Assembly: GCF_025526975.1 (NCBI RefSeq) | Contig: NW_026515677.1 | Span: 744,001-808,000 of the forward strand | Direction: 5' to 3' | DNA: 64,000 bases | Origin: Fimicolochytrium jonesii | Taxonomy: Eukaryota | Part shown: in pieces, positions 34,628 to 48,450 of the stretch | How positions within the stretch are numbered: the stretch's first letter is position 1 | Layout of the letters: the number at the start of each line of letters is the position of its first letter | The notes under the pieces: model-generated | Databases searched by the model: none | Told to the model about the DNA's origin: nothing | Seen by the model: the letters and a program-made list of their open reading frames with translations, nothing else | Position numbers and translations under genes: made by a program

Positions 34628-35296
34628 CTACTCCTGATGCCTACCCTTCCACTCTCTCACCTTCGGATGCCCATCAACCCTCTCATGCAACTTCGCCAGC
34701 CTCTCAAACCCATCCACATAATCCCTCGGCACGCCATCCAACAACCCCGACTTCAACCACCAAAGCATCCCATGCCAAGTCAACTCCGCAATCGTCGGGT
34801 TCTCCCCACCCAGAACATACCCATCGGCCTGCAACCTCCTATCCACTTTGGTGAGGAAGGTGGTGAGTCTACCGTCCGGGGCGATCAGGGACCGGCGGGC
34901 GGCGCGTTTCTTCTCGGCGTCGGGTTCGTCCATCGTCGGCGAGATCAGAGCATCTACATCATCGCACGCACGCACCAGCTCGTCGATCTTCAAACACGCC
35001 AGCGGGTCCTCAACGGGGTACAGGCCATGGACGGGGTCAGCCAGTCGGGCGACATAGCGCAGGAGTGCGTCGGCTTGGGCAGCCGTGTGGGTGCCACCAC
35101 CGGTGTCTGGGAATGTGATGGCGAGAGTGGGGACTTGGCCGTAGGGCGTTTTGGGTTTGGTTTCCGCCCAGCCTGCTTTGAGACGGGTGTCGGTGAAGGG
35201 GATGTTGGCGATGTGCAGGGCGAGGCGGATGGGTTCGGCGCGGCCGGAGATGTTGAAGTAGGTTAGGTTTAGGGTGGGTGGAGAGGACGGCAGCAT
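34628..35296 (-). CDS. Glutathione S-transferase, sigma-like (intronless)
   Basis: LTYFNISGRAEPIRLAL, TPYGQVPTL, AQADALLRYVA, PTIAEL. Confidence 0.92.
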   Translation of the reverse strand: MLPSSPPTLNLTYFNISGRAEPIRLALHIANIPFTDTRLKAGWAETKPKTPYGQVPTLAITFPDTGGGTHTAAQADALLRYVARLADPVHGLYPVEDPLACLKIDELVRACDDVDALISPTMDEPDAEKKRAARRSLIAPDGRLTTFLTKVDRRLQADGYVLGGENPTIAELTWHGMLWWLKSGLLDGVPRDYVDGFERLAKLHERVDGHPKVREWKGRHQE

Positions 35297-35902
35297 GTTT
35301 GATGGTTCTGTGGGTGTTGTTTTTGAAGTGTTGGAGGTGTGAGGGGGCGGTCGAGGTACAGTATGGTGCGTGCTTTATATATGCGCGAGACGAGGCCAAG
35401 ACGGAGACGTGTTGAGGTGCCGGTGGCTGTGAAGACAATTAGTTACCCAGGTGGCTGTGCACGTTGATATCGGCTCCTATCGGACTGGACTCCGCAGGCA
35501 CCCGCACGCCGAACAACTCCGGGACACTATTTTGGGTAAGATGGGAAGAATCCCACCAACCGCTGACCCTACATGGTGTTACCAATTATGGCTGCAGTCA
35601 GCAAACAGAGGAGGAGAAGAGCAGGAAAGTGGCACTCATATACCCACCGCAGCGCCGCCTCACCTCGCGTTCCATCTTTCGCCGAAATTACAATTCCTTT
35701 CGACCATTTCCATCGACATCCCATCGTCCTTCCGAACGAACATATCCTCCTCGTCAACCCGAGAAAATCAGTTAGCGACCTTGCCTGCGAGAGAAAGGTC
35801 GTCAAGTCCTCCGGCCCGTGGCTGTACATACCTGCCTTGTATATATCTTTGTAAAAAGGGACAGGCGTGTACATATCTACACTAACGCCGTCCTCGAACA
35901 CT

Positions 35903-38501
35903 ATGGATATAACGACCGTCAACCGCTCATGGTCCCGCGACCTCCCCTGCGAGCTCGTGCGTCACATCTTCTCGTTCCTAAGTATCCGCGAGCAGGCGGT
36001 TGCAAGTGGAGCGTGTCGATTGTGGAAGGCCGGGTTTGGGGAGACGGATGTGCTTTCGTTGAGGGTTGGGGAGAAGGTGTTGAGCGTTGGCGCTAAGGAA
36101 GTGTTGGCGCGGTTTAAGAGGGTTGAGAGGCTAGAGGTAGGTCTTTGGCGAGAGATGACGAGGGCTGGGCAAGTGCCCGCGAGGGCTCAGTTGTTCTGAC
36201 GAGCAACACTACAGGCCAAAAACTTACTTTTCCTTCAAATCCGTCCGTTAGCTCCATCAAGATGAAGAGTTCCCAAAACATCTCCTCGAGTTCTCCAACG
36301 GTCTGGCCCGCATGCCCAGCATCTCCAGCTTCACCACCGAAACCTCCGACAACATGATCAACATCCTCCACCCAGACGTGACCCCGCAACTCCGCCACCT
36401 GTCCGTCCGCGAATCTCTCGAAGCGCCCTGTGAGCACGTTTACCGCAACACCAGCAGCGTGCTGGACGTCATTTTCCGTAAGGGCCTGTCCACCATCGAT
36501 ATCAACGTTCCCTTGCTTATGGCTGCGGAAGGGTGGGAGGATTTGGAGTTTGACACGGTACCGGGGTTGCAGCGGTTGACGGTCCGGAGCTTACATTCTG
36601 ACGCGATGATGGAGATGGTGGATGGGTTGTTTGGGAGGGCCCGGTTTCCGGATTTGATCTCCTTGACTTTGAATGGGGACGACGCGATGATCTCCGTGCA
36701 GCAGATGGAACAGATCGTTGCAGCTTGTCCGAATTTGAAGGAGTTGAGTCTAGGAGGATGCTACATCGAAGCCCGTACGCTAGAAGATGTGCTCACCACC
36801 CTCCCGAATGGGATGACGCACATGGCCTTCACGGGCTGCGAGTTCCCTCTCCCTATTCTCCGCCCCATCTTCGGCCTTCTCGGCGCGGAACATATCCTAC
36901 GCTGCGTCCTCGCAAAACACCCGACTCTGACCGCGCTGGAGTTCGTCCACTGCAGATTCAGAGACTCGAATGTCGTGCCGACTCTGCATGTGCCCAGTCT
37001 CGCTGAGAACATGCTGGTCGCGCCCGGTCTTACGCGTTTGGTGCTCGTCGGTTTCGGCGGTGGCAACTACGCTCCGACAAATGCAGTCATCCCGCTCCTG
37101 AAAAGCTTCCCGCTGCTCACAGCCCTCCGGTTGGACGGGATCGTCGACCAGGAGCCCCTGATGTCAGTCACCCCGGCATTGGCACCAGCCGCCGAGGACG
37201 ACATGATTTCCACCCCACCAGCATCTCTTTCGTCCGAGGATATCATCACCAACTTCTCTCAACTCCACATCCACGTCGCCCTCACGCGCACATCCTCGAC
37301 CGACATCGCTGCGTCGGCTCTATGGTCATCCATCGCCGCCTTGCCCAACCTGCAAGAGCTCGAGCTCAAGTTCTGGAGAGGTACCGGCGCCGCCGCTGTG
37401 GAGGCTGAAGCGTTGACGCAGCCGCACGTCCCCGCTGCCGCTGAACCCGAGTTTGGCAACGATGCGGGGCCGGTAGCTACCACCACGACGATGGGGTATG
37501 AACCGATGCTTATCGATTCGGGGTATGGTACCCCGATGGAGGAAGCCACCACACCATCGTTCGCAAACCTCACCACTCTCCGCTTGCACAACCCCCGCTC
37601 CCTCCCGCGCCTGGTTACTCTCCTCCGTAACATCCCACAGCTGAGCACTCTAGCTTTGCACAATCTTTCCGCGGATCAGGACGTGGTGGAATCCTACCGC
37701 AACACGCCATATGCGGCAACACCATTGCAATTACCGCGTCTCCGTACACTCTCAATTCATGCGCATGGCACGGATTCGCCGACGCTGGTCGCGCACCTGA
37801 CCCCGCAGATTGCGGCAGCCTCGCCCGGGTTACGGGATCTGTTCCTGAACGCCATGCAGCCGTTCCTTCAAACCGTCTTCACCCAACGACAGACCACTTT
37901 ATCACCATCCCACTTCTCATCATCATCAAATCAACCCCACTTTCTAACCCGCCTCCCGCAAACCCACCACCTTCGGTCTTTGACAACAAAAGGACTCGTG
38001 GTCCCCCTCGCCAGCATCCCGCGCGCGTGGCAAAGCAGCTTACAGAATCTGCAGATTGCGCTGGAGCATTTACCCGAGCTGGGCGACGAGGGCGAGGGCA
38101 CGATAGGCGCGTTCTTGGACGGGGCCAGGAGGTTGCGGACGCTGGTGGTGAATGTGACGAGGGCGTTTGAGGGGGATGTGCATCTAAGAGATGCGGGCAG
38201 TAGCAGCGGTATGGAAATCGATGAGGACCTCATCGTATCGCAGACCATCCCACGGCCATCATCATCCTCATCATCACCCGACGCCCCGACGCTGATGACC
38301 CACCAACCCGCCTCTCACACCCTCGAATACCTGCACTCCCGCCACGCGACCCTCTGCTCGCGCTACGCCGACCGGCTGCACGCCCGCGCCCCGTGGCTGG
38401 ATACTTGTGTGGTGCGCGCGGCGGATGTGAGGAAGACGTGGGTCAAGCGGTGGTTGTTGGAGCGGATGGCGAGGGGGAGGGGGGCGAGGAGGGCGGGGTG
38501 A
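35903..38501 (+). CDS. F-box / leucine-rich-repeat protein
   Basis: DLPCELVRHIFSFL...ACRLWK F-box, an intron at ~36137-36251, then a long LRR exon (CPNLKELSL, LPNLQELEL). Confidence 0.88.
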
Positions 38502-39110
38502 GAGGAGCTCTATTAGGTTTGATAGGGAATCTGGGCTTGGATAATACCTATTACTTTCTGATCTTTGGCGTATTGATGGTTGGTGGCATGTATCTCATAG
38601 TTTGGGACAACACTTTTCTTATTATGAGTAGTTTGGCAACATTTCTTATTTTGAGAAGTCAAGGTGATATTCACGAATAAACTGCACATGAAAGATATGA
38701 GGTCGAACCCCAATGACGTTTCGAAGCTTGCTGAACCCATAAAAAAAAGGACTACTTCGCCGACGCGAGTTTGCCAAGGCATCATCTGCGTGAGGTTTCC
38801 GTAACAAAGCGAGAAGATTAGATGTCCTTTGTGCTGATTTGCGTCTCTGTTCGGCGTAGTTAAGTTCGGCATCGCATTTATGATCTGAGGGGGTTGCAAA
38901 AGATACGCTGTGGCAACTATCCAGACGCGACTGTGACTCTGAGAACGTAGAATTTCGTCGTAGCGTAGGTCATGCATTGCGGTATATAGGTACAATGAAA
39001 AAAAAAATGACACGGTCTCCAAAGCAAACGCTAGTAGTGTACGTAAAAACGGCTATGGTGCGAAGGGACATGAAGAGGGAGGGGGTGAAACTATGTATTA
39101 CCGGTGCAGG

Positions 39111-42100
39111 TTACGCAAACATATCGCTCGGGTCAACAGGCGCTGTAGCCGCCGTCGACATGGAGTACAGCGACACCCACGGCGTCGTTGTGGTCGTGCT
39201 CGCGATCAGCAGGCGCTGTGGGTGGAACGCGAGCGCGACGACGGGCCCGACGTTGCTGCTGGAGCGCTGCGTGAGGAACCCGCCGCCGCCCTCGGTGGAC
39301 CGCGTGGTGCCGAGGAGGTGCCCGTCGATGTCCCCGATTCGGACGGTCGAGTCTTTGCCCCTGCCAAAACGAAAGGAGAACACAGGGTCCCGTGTGGGGA
39401 TGATGAGTAACCACGAATATCAGGCACGTAACGCACAATCTCACCCTTACTACGTACCACGCAAAAACCGGCGCCCCAGGATGCACCTCAAAGCTCGTCA
39501 ACGCATACCACCCCCTCCCCCTCCCTGCGGTGGGCGTCTGCTCATGCGTCGCGTAACCCCCGCCACTACCGCCCCGATCACTCATCGCCAACACATCCAG
39601 CTGCCTTACACTCTCCGCCTGCCGCAAATCCCACAACCGCACGTCCCCACTACTGCTCCCGGACGTCAGCAGGCTGCCGTCGGCTGCGGTCACGAGGCGG
39701 ATGGAGAGGATGCGGGAGAGGTGTTCTTTGTAGGATCTTACGAGGCTGTTGGGAAAATAAAGCCCCCGCGTTAGAACGATGGCCCCGGACGGTTGAGATG
39801 ACTATGGGCCGGAAAGGGGAGGATGAACCTGGAATGTGGCGCCTGCCGACGATCGTAGACATGCACACGCCCGTCGGCGAATCCGGTGAAGATGAGGTTT
39901 CCGCCCGTTTTGTGTGTCGAAAGGGAGGTTACTGCTCGTAAGTGTTTCGTGGGTATGACCTGCGAAAGCATCATGAGCAACATAGAACGCCCCGCCCCAT
40001 TGAAACACGGATACCATCCCCATCCCCTGTACCTGTACACAACTCTCCTTATTCGCATCCCACACCCGCACCACCTTGCTATCCCCGCCACACATAAACA
40101 CCCCGGAACTCTGATGCCAGTCAACCACCATCGAGCGGTCCGCGAGGGACTGGTACTTCTGGTGACTCCCGACCGAATCCGTCGACACGGATGTTGAGGC
40201 GGCCCCGAGATCAGGCAGCGCGCGCCAGCCGGAGATTTTCTTGATTTTGTAGGGCTTTTCGTAGTCGGAGTAGAGCTTTATGACGCCGTCGTCTGTAATG
40301 CGATGGGGTGAGCATACGAGCGAGAGGATGAGAAAGAGTGGGGGAGTGGAACGAAACCTGAACCAACGGCAACGAGGGTCAGATCGTTCTCGTTGATGAA
40401 GCGCAGGTAGGAGATTCGGCTGCCGAGCGGGTTGCCCATGTCGAAGTTTTGGAGCTTTGTCGAGTCGGACCAGTCGTGGACACTTAAACAGACGACAAAA
40501 TGTCAGACGCAAAAAAAAAAGATCGTTCGAGGATGGGATTCTTGAGAACACGTACATCACGTTGGACCTCCCATTCGACGTCAACGCATGCGTCTCGAAC
40601 GAATGGAACGCGATCTCGGTCGTACCCGTGCCTAGGACGTTCAAGCGACCGGTTTCTTGTAGGATCTCCACGGCTGGTCCGCGAGAAATGCGATTAGCGA
40701 CGGACTCCCCTTGACGGTGGAGTGAGCATTTCCCCACGTGGGTGCACTTACGGCCGTAGCTGGGGGTGACCAACTGCTCAGAGGACAGTTCCCTGTTTCG
40801 CTCTGTCCGCCATTGTCGCTCGATGAAGCGGAGACTTCCGGGGTCGTCGATGTCTGGTGTCTGAATAGGTAGATGGCGGATGAAACAGAACAGTCAGTAA
40901 CGACTGGGATACCCCACCAGAAGATCGCCTCGAGTGCAACTCCTTTTTTCTCCAAACACCAACCTGCATCTGCGGCTCCGCAAAAAACGTACAACTCCAT
41001 TCAAAAAACGCATCCACATCGATCCCCGTCCAACTCGTCGTCGTCGTCATCGTCGCGGTCGTCGCCGGTGCCGGTTTAGACCCATCCGCATCCCCATTCT
41101 GCCCCGCAACCACCGAAAGCTGCCTACTAACAGCCTCCGCCATCCCATTCATCTCCGAGGACCTGTCCGAGCCTTTAGTGCTGCTCAAACTGCGTGCTTG
41201 GCCCCGGATCGGTGGGGCGTCCTGGCTGCTTATAGGCGGCGTATCGACTTCGGAGCGAGACACGAGGGTTTGAGAGATCATGTGGTCGACGAGGGCGGAA
41301 GCCCCGACGGCTACTTCCGGGAACGGGTCAACGGAGAGCGTTAACAGCCCTTTCCAGATGTATTGCTGGGTACGCAGGGCTGTGGGTGTGAGGATATCGT
41401 GTGGGGTGTGACGATCCGGGCCTGTAACCGAGCCCGGGGTGTTGGAGTCGGCGAGTTGGGAGGAGACGCTTCCGACGGCGTGGGTGGGAGGTGCCGCGGC
41501 CGCCGAACTGGCCGGCGGGGCATGCATCTGCAGCGTCTCATCAACCATCTCCGTCGCGATCGCCACCAACGGCTCGTTATCCTCCCTTGCAAACGCCGAC
41601 AACGCACATACGAGTTCCCGCCGTACGAGTGGGGAGGCGTCCGCGACGGTCATCAGGGCTGCGCTGGCGATGTGGACGTGGATCATTGCCACTTTCTCAC
41701 TTTTCTGCACGCCGCCTATGAGGCCTCGGAGCGCGGATAGGGCCGCGGCGCGCACGTCGGGGACGGGGTCGCGGAGGAGCCGGATGAGCTTCTCGTGCAT
41801 GTTTTGTTCCATGGCTGTTGCTTTGGCTTCCGGGTAGTCTTCCCATACCTTGCCGGCGCAGATGCAGGACCATTGCCGGAGGAGGGGGTCTTCGTCCATT
41901 AGGTGTTCTACTATGGCGGGTAATACCTCCCCCTTCAAGCAGGCCTGTTGTCCGGCGGGGAATTTGTGGCAGAAGACGGAGAGGATGAAGGCGCACATCG
42001 TCCGCAGGCCGGAGGGGTTGGGGGCCATCGGCATCGTTGCTCCAGGGCTCAGCAGCTTGACAAAGTACATGAACCCGTTGTCCTTCAGCAAATCCGCCTG

Positions 42101-43835
42101 GCAAGATCGATCCACCACCAGAATCTTCGTCCAGATAAAGACCAGCAGAGGTTTCAGTTCCGGGGCGGGACTCTGCAGTAGCTTCAGGACGTATGGGAAG
42201 ATGCCCACAAGCAACGCCAGGTTGACGGCCCATGGTCCCATGTCCAGGAACCGGCTGAGCAGCATCATAGCGCGCAGCCTGTGGATCTGACTTAGCAAGA
42301 CTTGCAGCACAATAGGCAGCTGTTCTGGGGGATCTTCCGCGGTCAGCCCTTTCGACAGCCACACATCGAACGCCGTCAGCTGCTCCGCAAAGAAGGTGCT
42401 GTTCTGGTATTCCGCCGTCTTCCCGTCCTTGTCGCCGCTCAACAGCGCAGGTAATTGCGCAACACAGAAATCAGCGGCGAGGTCCCATGATTGCCACATC
42501 GTGTGTTGATGCGTGGGCGGGAGAACCGGTGAGCTCAATGGCGTGCAGCCGTAGTACCGCATGATTCTCTCTGCCAGCAGAAAGTTCCGGAAGAGTGCTG
42601 CGACCATCAGGTCTTGCCGATAGAGGCGTTTGAAGAGGTCGTGGGAGAGACTTGTCCATGCTATCGTGTCTGTAACGGCTGTGAAGATCCAATTCAGCTC
42701 TCCCAGTGGTGTCCGCCGATCGTTCAGCCGGCCGGGTATCTTCATGATCATGTCCGGGGTGATTGAATTGAGCAGCGGGTTCTGCGTCACCGCCCACCGT
42801 AATGCAATCTCCAGAGGGGTCGTCAGGCAACTGGTAAACACATCCGCAGGAAGATCAGGGTTCATCGGTAAGACCTGATTTGCCTGGCACGCCGCCAGCT
42901 GGATGCACGATTCCATTGGGACCTGCACCTCCTTATCCCCATCCGCCTGATCTTTCGTAGCCAGTCGTCCCTCCGCCGCTAGCTCCGCATCCCGTTGAGC
43001 AGCGAAGCGATTGAAAGCATGCAAGATATTCCCTGCATTGCTGCAGTCGTAGACGTAGACACATGGAGACCCTATCCACGTCTGAATGTCGTAGATGGAG
43101 ATCGGGATGTACTGCGTGTAGTTCTTATTGAATACCCACAGCTCCCCGCCCTGCGTCGGCTTGGGCACCCCATGTCCGTTATAATGGAACAGCGCTCGCT
43201 CCTCCTTTGCGTTCCTCCTCAGCGAACAGCACAATTTCTTTGTCTCCTCCACAGACGGGTCCGGGGAAACGCGGAACCGAGCCCTTGGCTGCAGGACCTC
43301 ATACTGGGTCTGCAGATTGCGCCCTATCGCCTCCAGCGCTTTACTACTCGTCAACGAGAACGGATCGATCCAGCACTCCAGCTTGGCCGAGGGGTGGGTG
43401 CGGACGAGATCGGGGGGGTCCACTCCGATGTTGAGGCAGATGATCATGACGGCCGACACGGTCTTCAGCCGCTCGCGCATACGCCAGTCTGCGGGCGCTT
43501 GCAGCGCTTTGCTCTTCTCGCTCGGTGTTTCTCGAACTCGGTTGTGCCGGCGTTCGGCGTAAAAGTTCGGGGGCTGGAATATCTCATTCGCCACTGCACC
43601 TTCCTTCGGCAAGCGTGGAGATAAATGAACGGAAGGCTCAGTCCAACGAGCAACGAATAGCCTCAGCGGCCCCTCTCGCATGGCAGGGCGAGGGTTAGCT
43701 GCCCCCCGCCGGTTCCCGCCTCCCTACCTCTGTTTCCTCTCCCACGTTTTCGACGACCACTTCGCTGGTCGCATAGTTCGCAAGGACGGCCGGTGGCGAG
43801 GCAGCCGGTGCGCCTGCTGTTCCGGCTATCGACAT
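39111..43835 (-). CDS. KOG1: TORC1 subunit Raptor/Kog1/Mip1
   Basis: DWRMRERLKTVS..CLNIGVDPPD, LFHYNGHGVPKPT, VLLSQIHRLRA, HEAT repeats and C-terminal WD40 exons. First exon 43835-43728 is inferred. Confidence 0.96.
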
Positions 43836-44163
43836 GCCGAGGGCTCTATGAAGGGGGCGGTTCACTCTAACGAATGTGGCCTCGATGAGGATGAAAGATC
43901 GCGCCTGGTGTCCGCTGTGGGCTGTGGACTGTCACGTCTTCCTTCTCGGTCTTCAGTTGACGCTCTCGCGTGGCTCGTCTTCAGCAGCTGCGTGCACTCC
44001 GACCCGCCCAGCCCCCCCAGCCCTGCCCTGTTTCTCTTGCCGACGGGCGACCACTCCGAGCGTCGGGAACAGCTGGGAAAGCCTCCTCGCTCCCCATTCA
44101 AGCGTTAAAAGCACCCAAAGCCGCCCGCACAAGCACCCAAACGCCCTCGTCCTTACGCTCACG

Positions 44164-45029
44164 ATGGTACGTGCCCCGCTCCGCCGCCGCTCCCCCACCT
44201 TCCCTCCCTCCCTCACATCCAACCAACCTCTCTCTCTGCACACATAGGGCCTCCTCTCCCTCCTCCGCCGGCTCCGCTCCACGCCCACCGACCTACGCAT
44301 CCTCCTCCTCGGCCTCGACAACTCCGGCAAAACCACCATCTTGAAACACCTCGCGTCCGAACCCATCACCGAGATCAAACCGACGCAGGGGTTCAATATC
44401 AAGACGGTGGTCGTGGAGGGCGTAAAGTTGACTGTGTGGGATATTGGTGGGCAGAGGGCTATTAGGCCGTATTGGAGGAATTATTTTGAGAGTACTGATG
44501 TTTTGGTAATGTTTTGGGGGAGAAAGGTGTTAACGCGGTGTGGGACAAGTACTGATGTGGATACGACATTTGGCAGATATATGTGATTGACTCCGCGGAT
44601 CGACGGCGGTTGGAGGAAACGTGAGTATTCGTGCCCACATCCGCTACCACGCTCATCATGTAACGCTCCATACCTGACTGACTCGTCCTTGATCTTGATT
44701 GCAGAGGCGAAGAACTTCAACAACTCCTAGAAGAATCTAAACTCCTCGGCGTGCCGCTGCTCGTGCTGGCTAATAAACAGGATCTGGTTACCGCTTTGCC
44801 TGGGGATGAGGTAAAGCATCCAACCGTCCTGCATCATCGCACTCCCTTTGCTCACATGATGTATGGTTCTTGTTCTTAGATAGCAACAGGCCTCAACCTC
44901 AACGCGATCCGTGACCGGCACTGGCAGATCCAGCCCTGCAGCGGGAAAACGGGGGCGGGCGTGGAAGATGGCGTACAGTGGGCGTTGGGGCAGTGTCGTG
45001 GTGGGGCTGGGAGTGGGAAGGCGTCGTGA
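44164..45029 (+). CDS. ARL3: ADP-ribosylation factor-like GTPase ARL3
   Basis: ATG|intron|[11 protein letters not shown]...[17 protein letters not shown]...PTQGFNIK...[18 protein letters not shown]...ANKQDL. Confidence 0.92.
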
Positions 45030-46127
45030 GGGGCGGGGTTGAAATGGACATAGTGGGACAAAGTGGGATGGGTGCGTTGGGGGTAGGATGGGTGTTGGCA
45101 GCGCCATGCGGCGGGGATACTAAGCAGGAGCGAGAGCTTACGGTTCAGCGATCGCCCACTGACCTCCGGCGACGCACGATGGGACATCGGCCGATTGTAA
45201 ATTATAACACCCTCTCACAACAAAGGACATGAACGCTCATGTGTTTCCCGCCGATCAGTTTGAGAACTGTGACGGGGGTATATACGTAGATTCCATATTT
45301 GCGCGCAGGAATGGGACCATTGGTTTTCAATTTTGTTGCATGGACGGGGGGGGTAGTCAGTGAGAGTGGGGTGGGTGGTGGGGATAGTGGATGTGAGTGG
45401 GATATTGCAACGGGGAAGGACACGCCGTATGACACCGGTAACATCGACGGACACAGATCCGCGGGTTGATAAAGGACAGGATGGGTGAGAGTACGCCACC
45501 AGCATTTGCTTTGAGGGGTGACGGTCACCCCTCCTTCTGCTGGCATATTGCCTCTATGGAACCTTCGTGCACGTCTACGGAAAGCTCAAAGAGAGTGTAT
45601 GAGAGCCGGGTTGGCGCTTTGCTGACCGTGGCGCTTTACCCGAGGCGTCCAGTGGGAGCTTCGACTTGAGTGGGAGAGGTGTCGATGTAGGCTGGGGTTA
45701 TGTTAGTTGCGAGCGCTGTTCCGAAAGCAGTTCCGCCGAGTGTCGGACGAGTTGGAAAGCGAACGGACGCGTTGGACGGGGCCTCGACAGGTGGACTAGG
45801 TGGACTTGCCTGCCCCAGCGCACATCCTTCTTCCGCAAAAGGCACAGCAGGCAAGCACTGCAGAGCACATACACACACAGGAGTACTGTACACTCCGCAG
45901 GGCCACCCACTCTCACGCACTGCCCACGACGGGAAACGGAGTCAAGCCGTAGCACCTGCGTAGAACGTCCGGACGTTGACTTCCCAACCCACACCGTAAC
46001 CGGAGAGGTCCTCACTGTTCCACTTTTCGGACCTCGCCAGATCGGACTTGATCGACCCAGACGGCTCTTGGAGCACCTCTGGGAAACCATCAGCACCATA
46101 AACACAGCAGCCTCACCTCTCTTCACC

Positions 46128-48110
46128 ATGGACGTCGAAACCCCGCCATCGCACCTCACCCACTTATCCTCATCCAAACCCATCATGTCCGAACATACAT
46201 CGACACCAGAACCTTCAAAAGAAGAAATACTCTCGTCCCTGCGACTACGCCGTATCGTCCGTGAGAACCATGGGAAAGCTATCAATCATTGTGCTTTCTT
46301 TACGGAGAGGGCGCAGAAGGGTGGGATAAGGGCGGGGAATGTTTTGGTTACTGTTGGGGGAGACCAGGTGGGTTTGCGAGGAGAGGTGGTGGTTGAGGGT
46401 GAGGCAAGGGATGGGAGGCATAGAGGATGGTTGAGGAACTACGGGGATCGAAGCGAGGGGGGATGTTGGAGGAACTGCGGCGAGCAAAGCGAGGAGGCCG
46501 AGCCGAATGTGCGACTTATCCCATCCAACCACTCGTTTCGCGCGGAGGATATCGTTTGTTCAGGTGTTCGTCTTCTCATCATTCTCCCCGTATGTCGCTA
46601 GGTAAACTTCTACGACAACGCACACTGCGGCGACCATCTGGACATCATGTCCCACTTCGTCGTTGGCGGCGGTGTGTACTTCCCCGATGCACCACAGCCG
46701 GAATCCGGCGAACCCCCCGTACGTTCTCACTACCCCATCACATCACATCACATCCCAAACTCACAACTAACCCCACATCCCATTCCAAAGGAACTCCTAA
46801 CCTCAACCTTCCTCCCGCACCCAACCGACGCCCTCCTCGCCGCAGCCGGCACCGACGCGACCATCCACATCATCAGCCTCACGCGTTCGCAGGAGATTGC
46901 CCAACTCACCGGTCACACCGCGACCATCACCCATCTCGAAACCCACCCGACCGATGACGAGCTGCTGCTCTCGGTGGGCGAGGACGGGACGGTGCGGATG
47001 TGGCATGTGGGCGCGCGGAGGGAGGTCGCGAGGTGGAGTGTGAAGGCGCGGTGTGCGGTAAAGTTCTCCCCCTGTTTCTTTCCTCATATATGCATCACCG
47101 GACTGCTAAAAACCTTTTGATGGTGGTTGCAGACGTTCCACCCGAACGGCCTCTCCTTCATAACCGCCTCCCCCCGCGGCGTCATCCGCGACTGGGAGAT
47201 CCCGGACGCCCTCCTCGACCTGTCCGCAGACGACGCCGCGGTGTACCCGCACGAGACGGTCGAGACCGGGTTGCCGGTTGCGCAGGTCGTGGAGACGTTT
47301 CATGGGGGGTGTTGTATAGGTGGGCTTTTGAATGGGGTGAGGGGGAAACGGAGGGGTGTGCTTGTGCTAACGGGGGTATGATTGTAGACGATATACGATA
47401 CGTGGACTCCCGCGTGTTGTCGAAGGGCGTTAACGGGAAGGTGGCGTTCTGGGACCCGCTAGCGGAAGAGGTAAGGTTTCCGTCCCACCTTCCCAACACC
47501 GTAACCCATCTCTTCGTCTAACCCACCCCCGAAATGAGTGCAGATCATCCACATCTTCCAAGTCAAAGGGAGCACCGGACACAACACATGTCGGTTAGGC
47601 ATCAGGTAAGTGTGCACCTCTGTACATCTCTCCCCCCCGCCGTACGCTTTCTCATATCGGGTATGTATGAATTCCCAGCACGGACGGGACCCACTTCTGC
47701 GTCGGCACGCCCGCCGGCTCCGTCGCGGTCTACAGCCTCGCCGCCGGGACACTGGTCAGCGTGCTCGCGCACCCGCGCTCGAATAAGGCGGTCAGGGCTT
47801 GTGCGTTTGTCGAGGGGGATCGGTGAGCGTGGGCTTTTTCGCGGGGGGCGTGCGATGAAGGGAAGGGGACTGACGCGCGTTGGGTGGCAGGAGTATTGTG
47901 TATGTTGGCGGGGATTCGTTGATTTGGAGGTACGTCCTTTTGCCTGCAAAGGAGTCTCGTGTCTCCGTGGACACCCGTGGACACCCCGTTCTCGTCAAAC
48001 TCCTCACACATTCCTTCCCCCACCTCAGATTCGACTACATCCCACCCGACCCAGCCCGCAGCGCCGTCACCAAAACCATCACCGACGATGACGACGCGAT
48101 GCAGGAGTAA
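46128..48110 (+). CDS. WD40 protein, EED/ESC- or LRWD1-like (multi-exon)
   Basis: VRENHGKAI, LVTVGGDQVNFYD, LLAAAG..ATIHII, LTGHTATITHLETHPTDDELLLSVGEDGTVRMW, VLSKG..KVAFW. Confidence 0.8.
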
Positions 48111-48450
48111 TCAAACGGTTCAAAGAAGTGTGAAACGCCCGTGCGTGATTTGGTTTTTATACATAGAACAGCGGGAGCAGAAAATGAAATATACAGGATA
48201 TATGTGCAGGGTAGGCGATGACGGTCGGGATGGGGATTGTAGGCTAGGGCTAGGCTATGGAGATGTGGGGGAAAAGGGGCGGTGTATGTGGGGTTGCGAC
48301 GTAGGGGTATTGGTATGAAGAGGGATAAAGGTGGCAGGATGCCGGACAAGCTCTTTTGTGCATGCAGGGGCAAATCCGATATGCGAAGAGAGTAGAAAAA
48401 AGAGCTTAAAAGTGGGGTAGCAGGCCCCCATTCCCAAGTGATACCCTCCC

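Noticed and set aside
38805..38835. GAGAAGATTAG resembling the U6 snRNA core
   Set aside because: Lacks the ACAGAGA box and the AGC triad with its following stem; judged a chance match.
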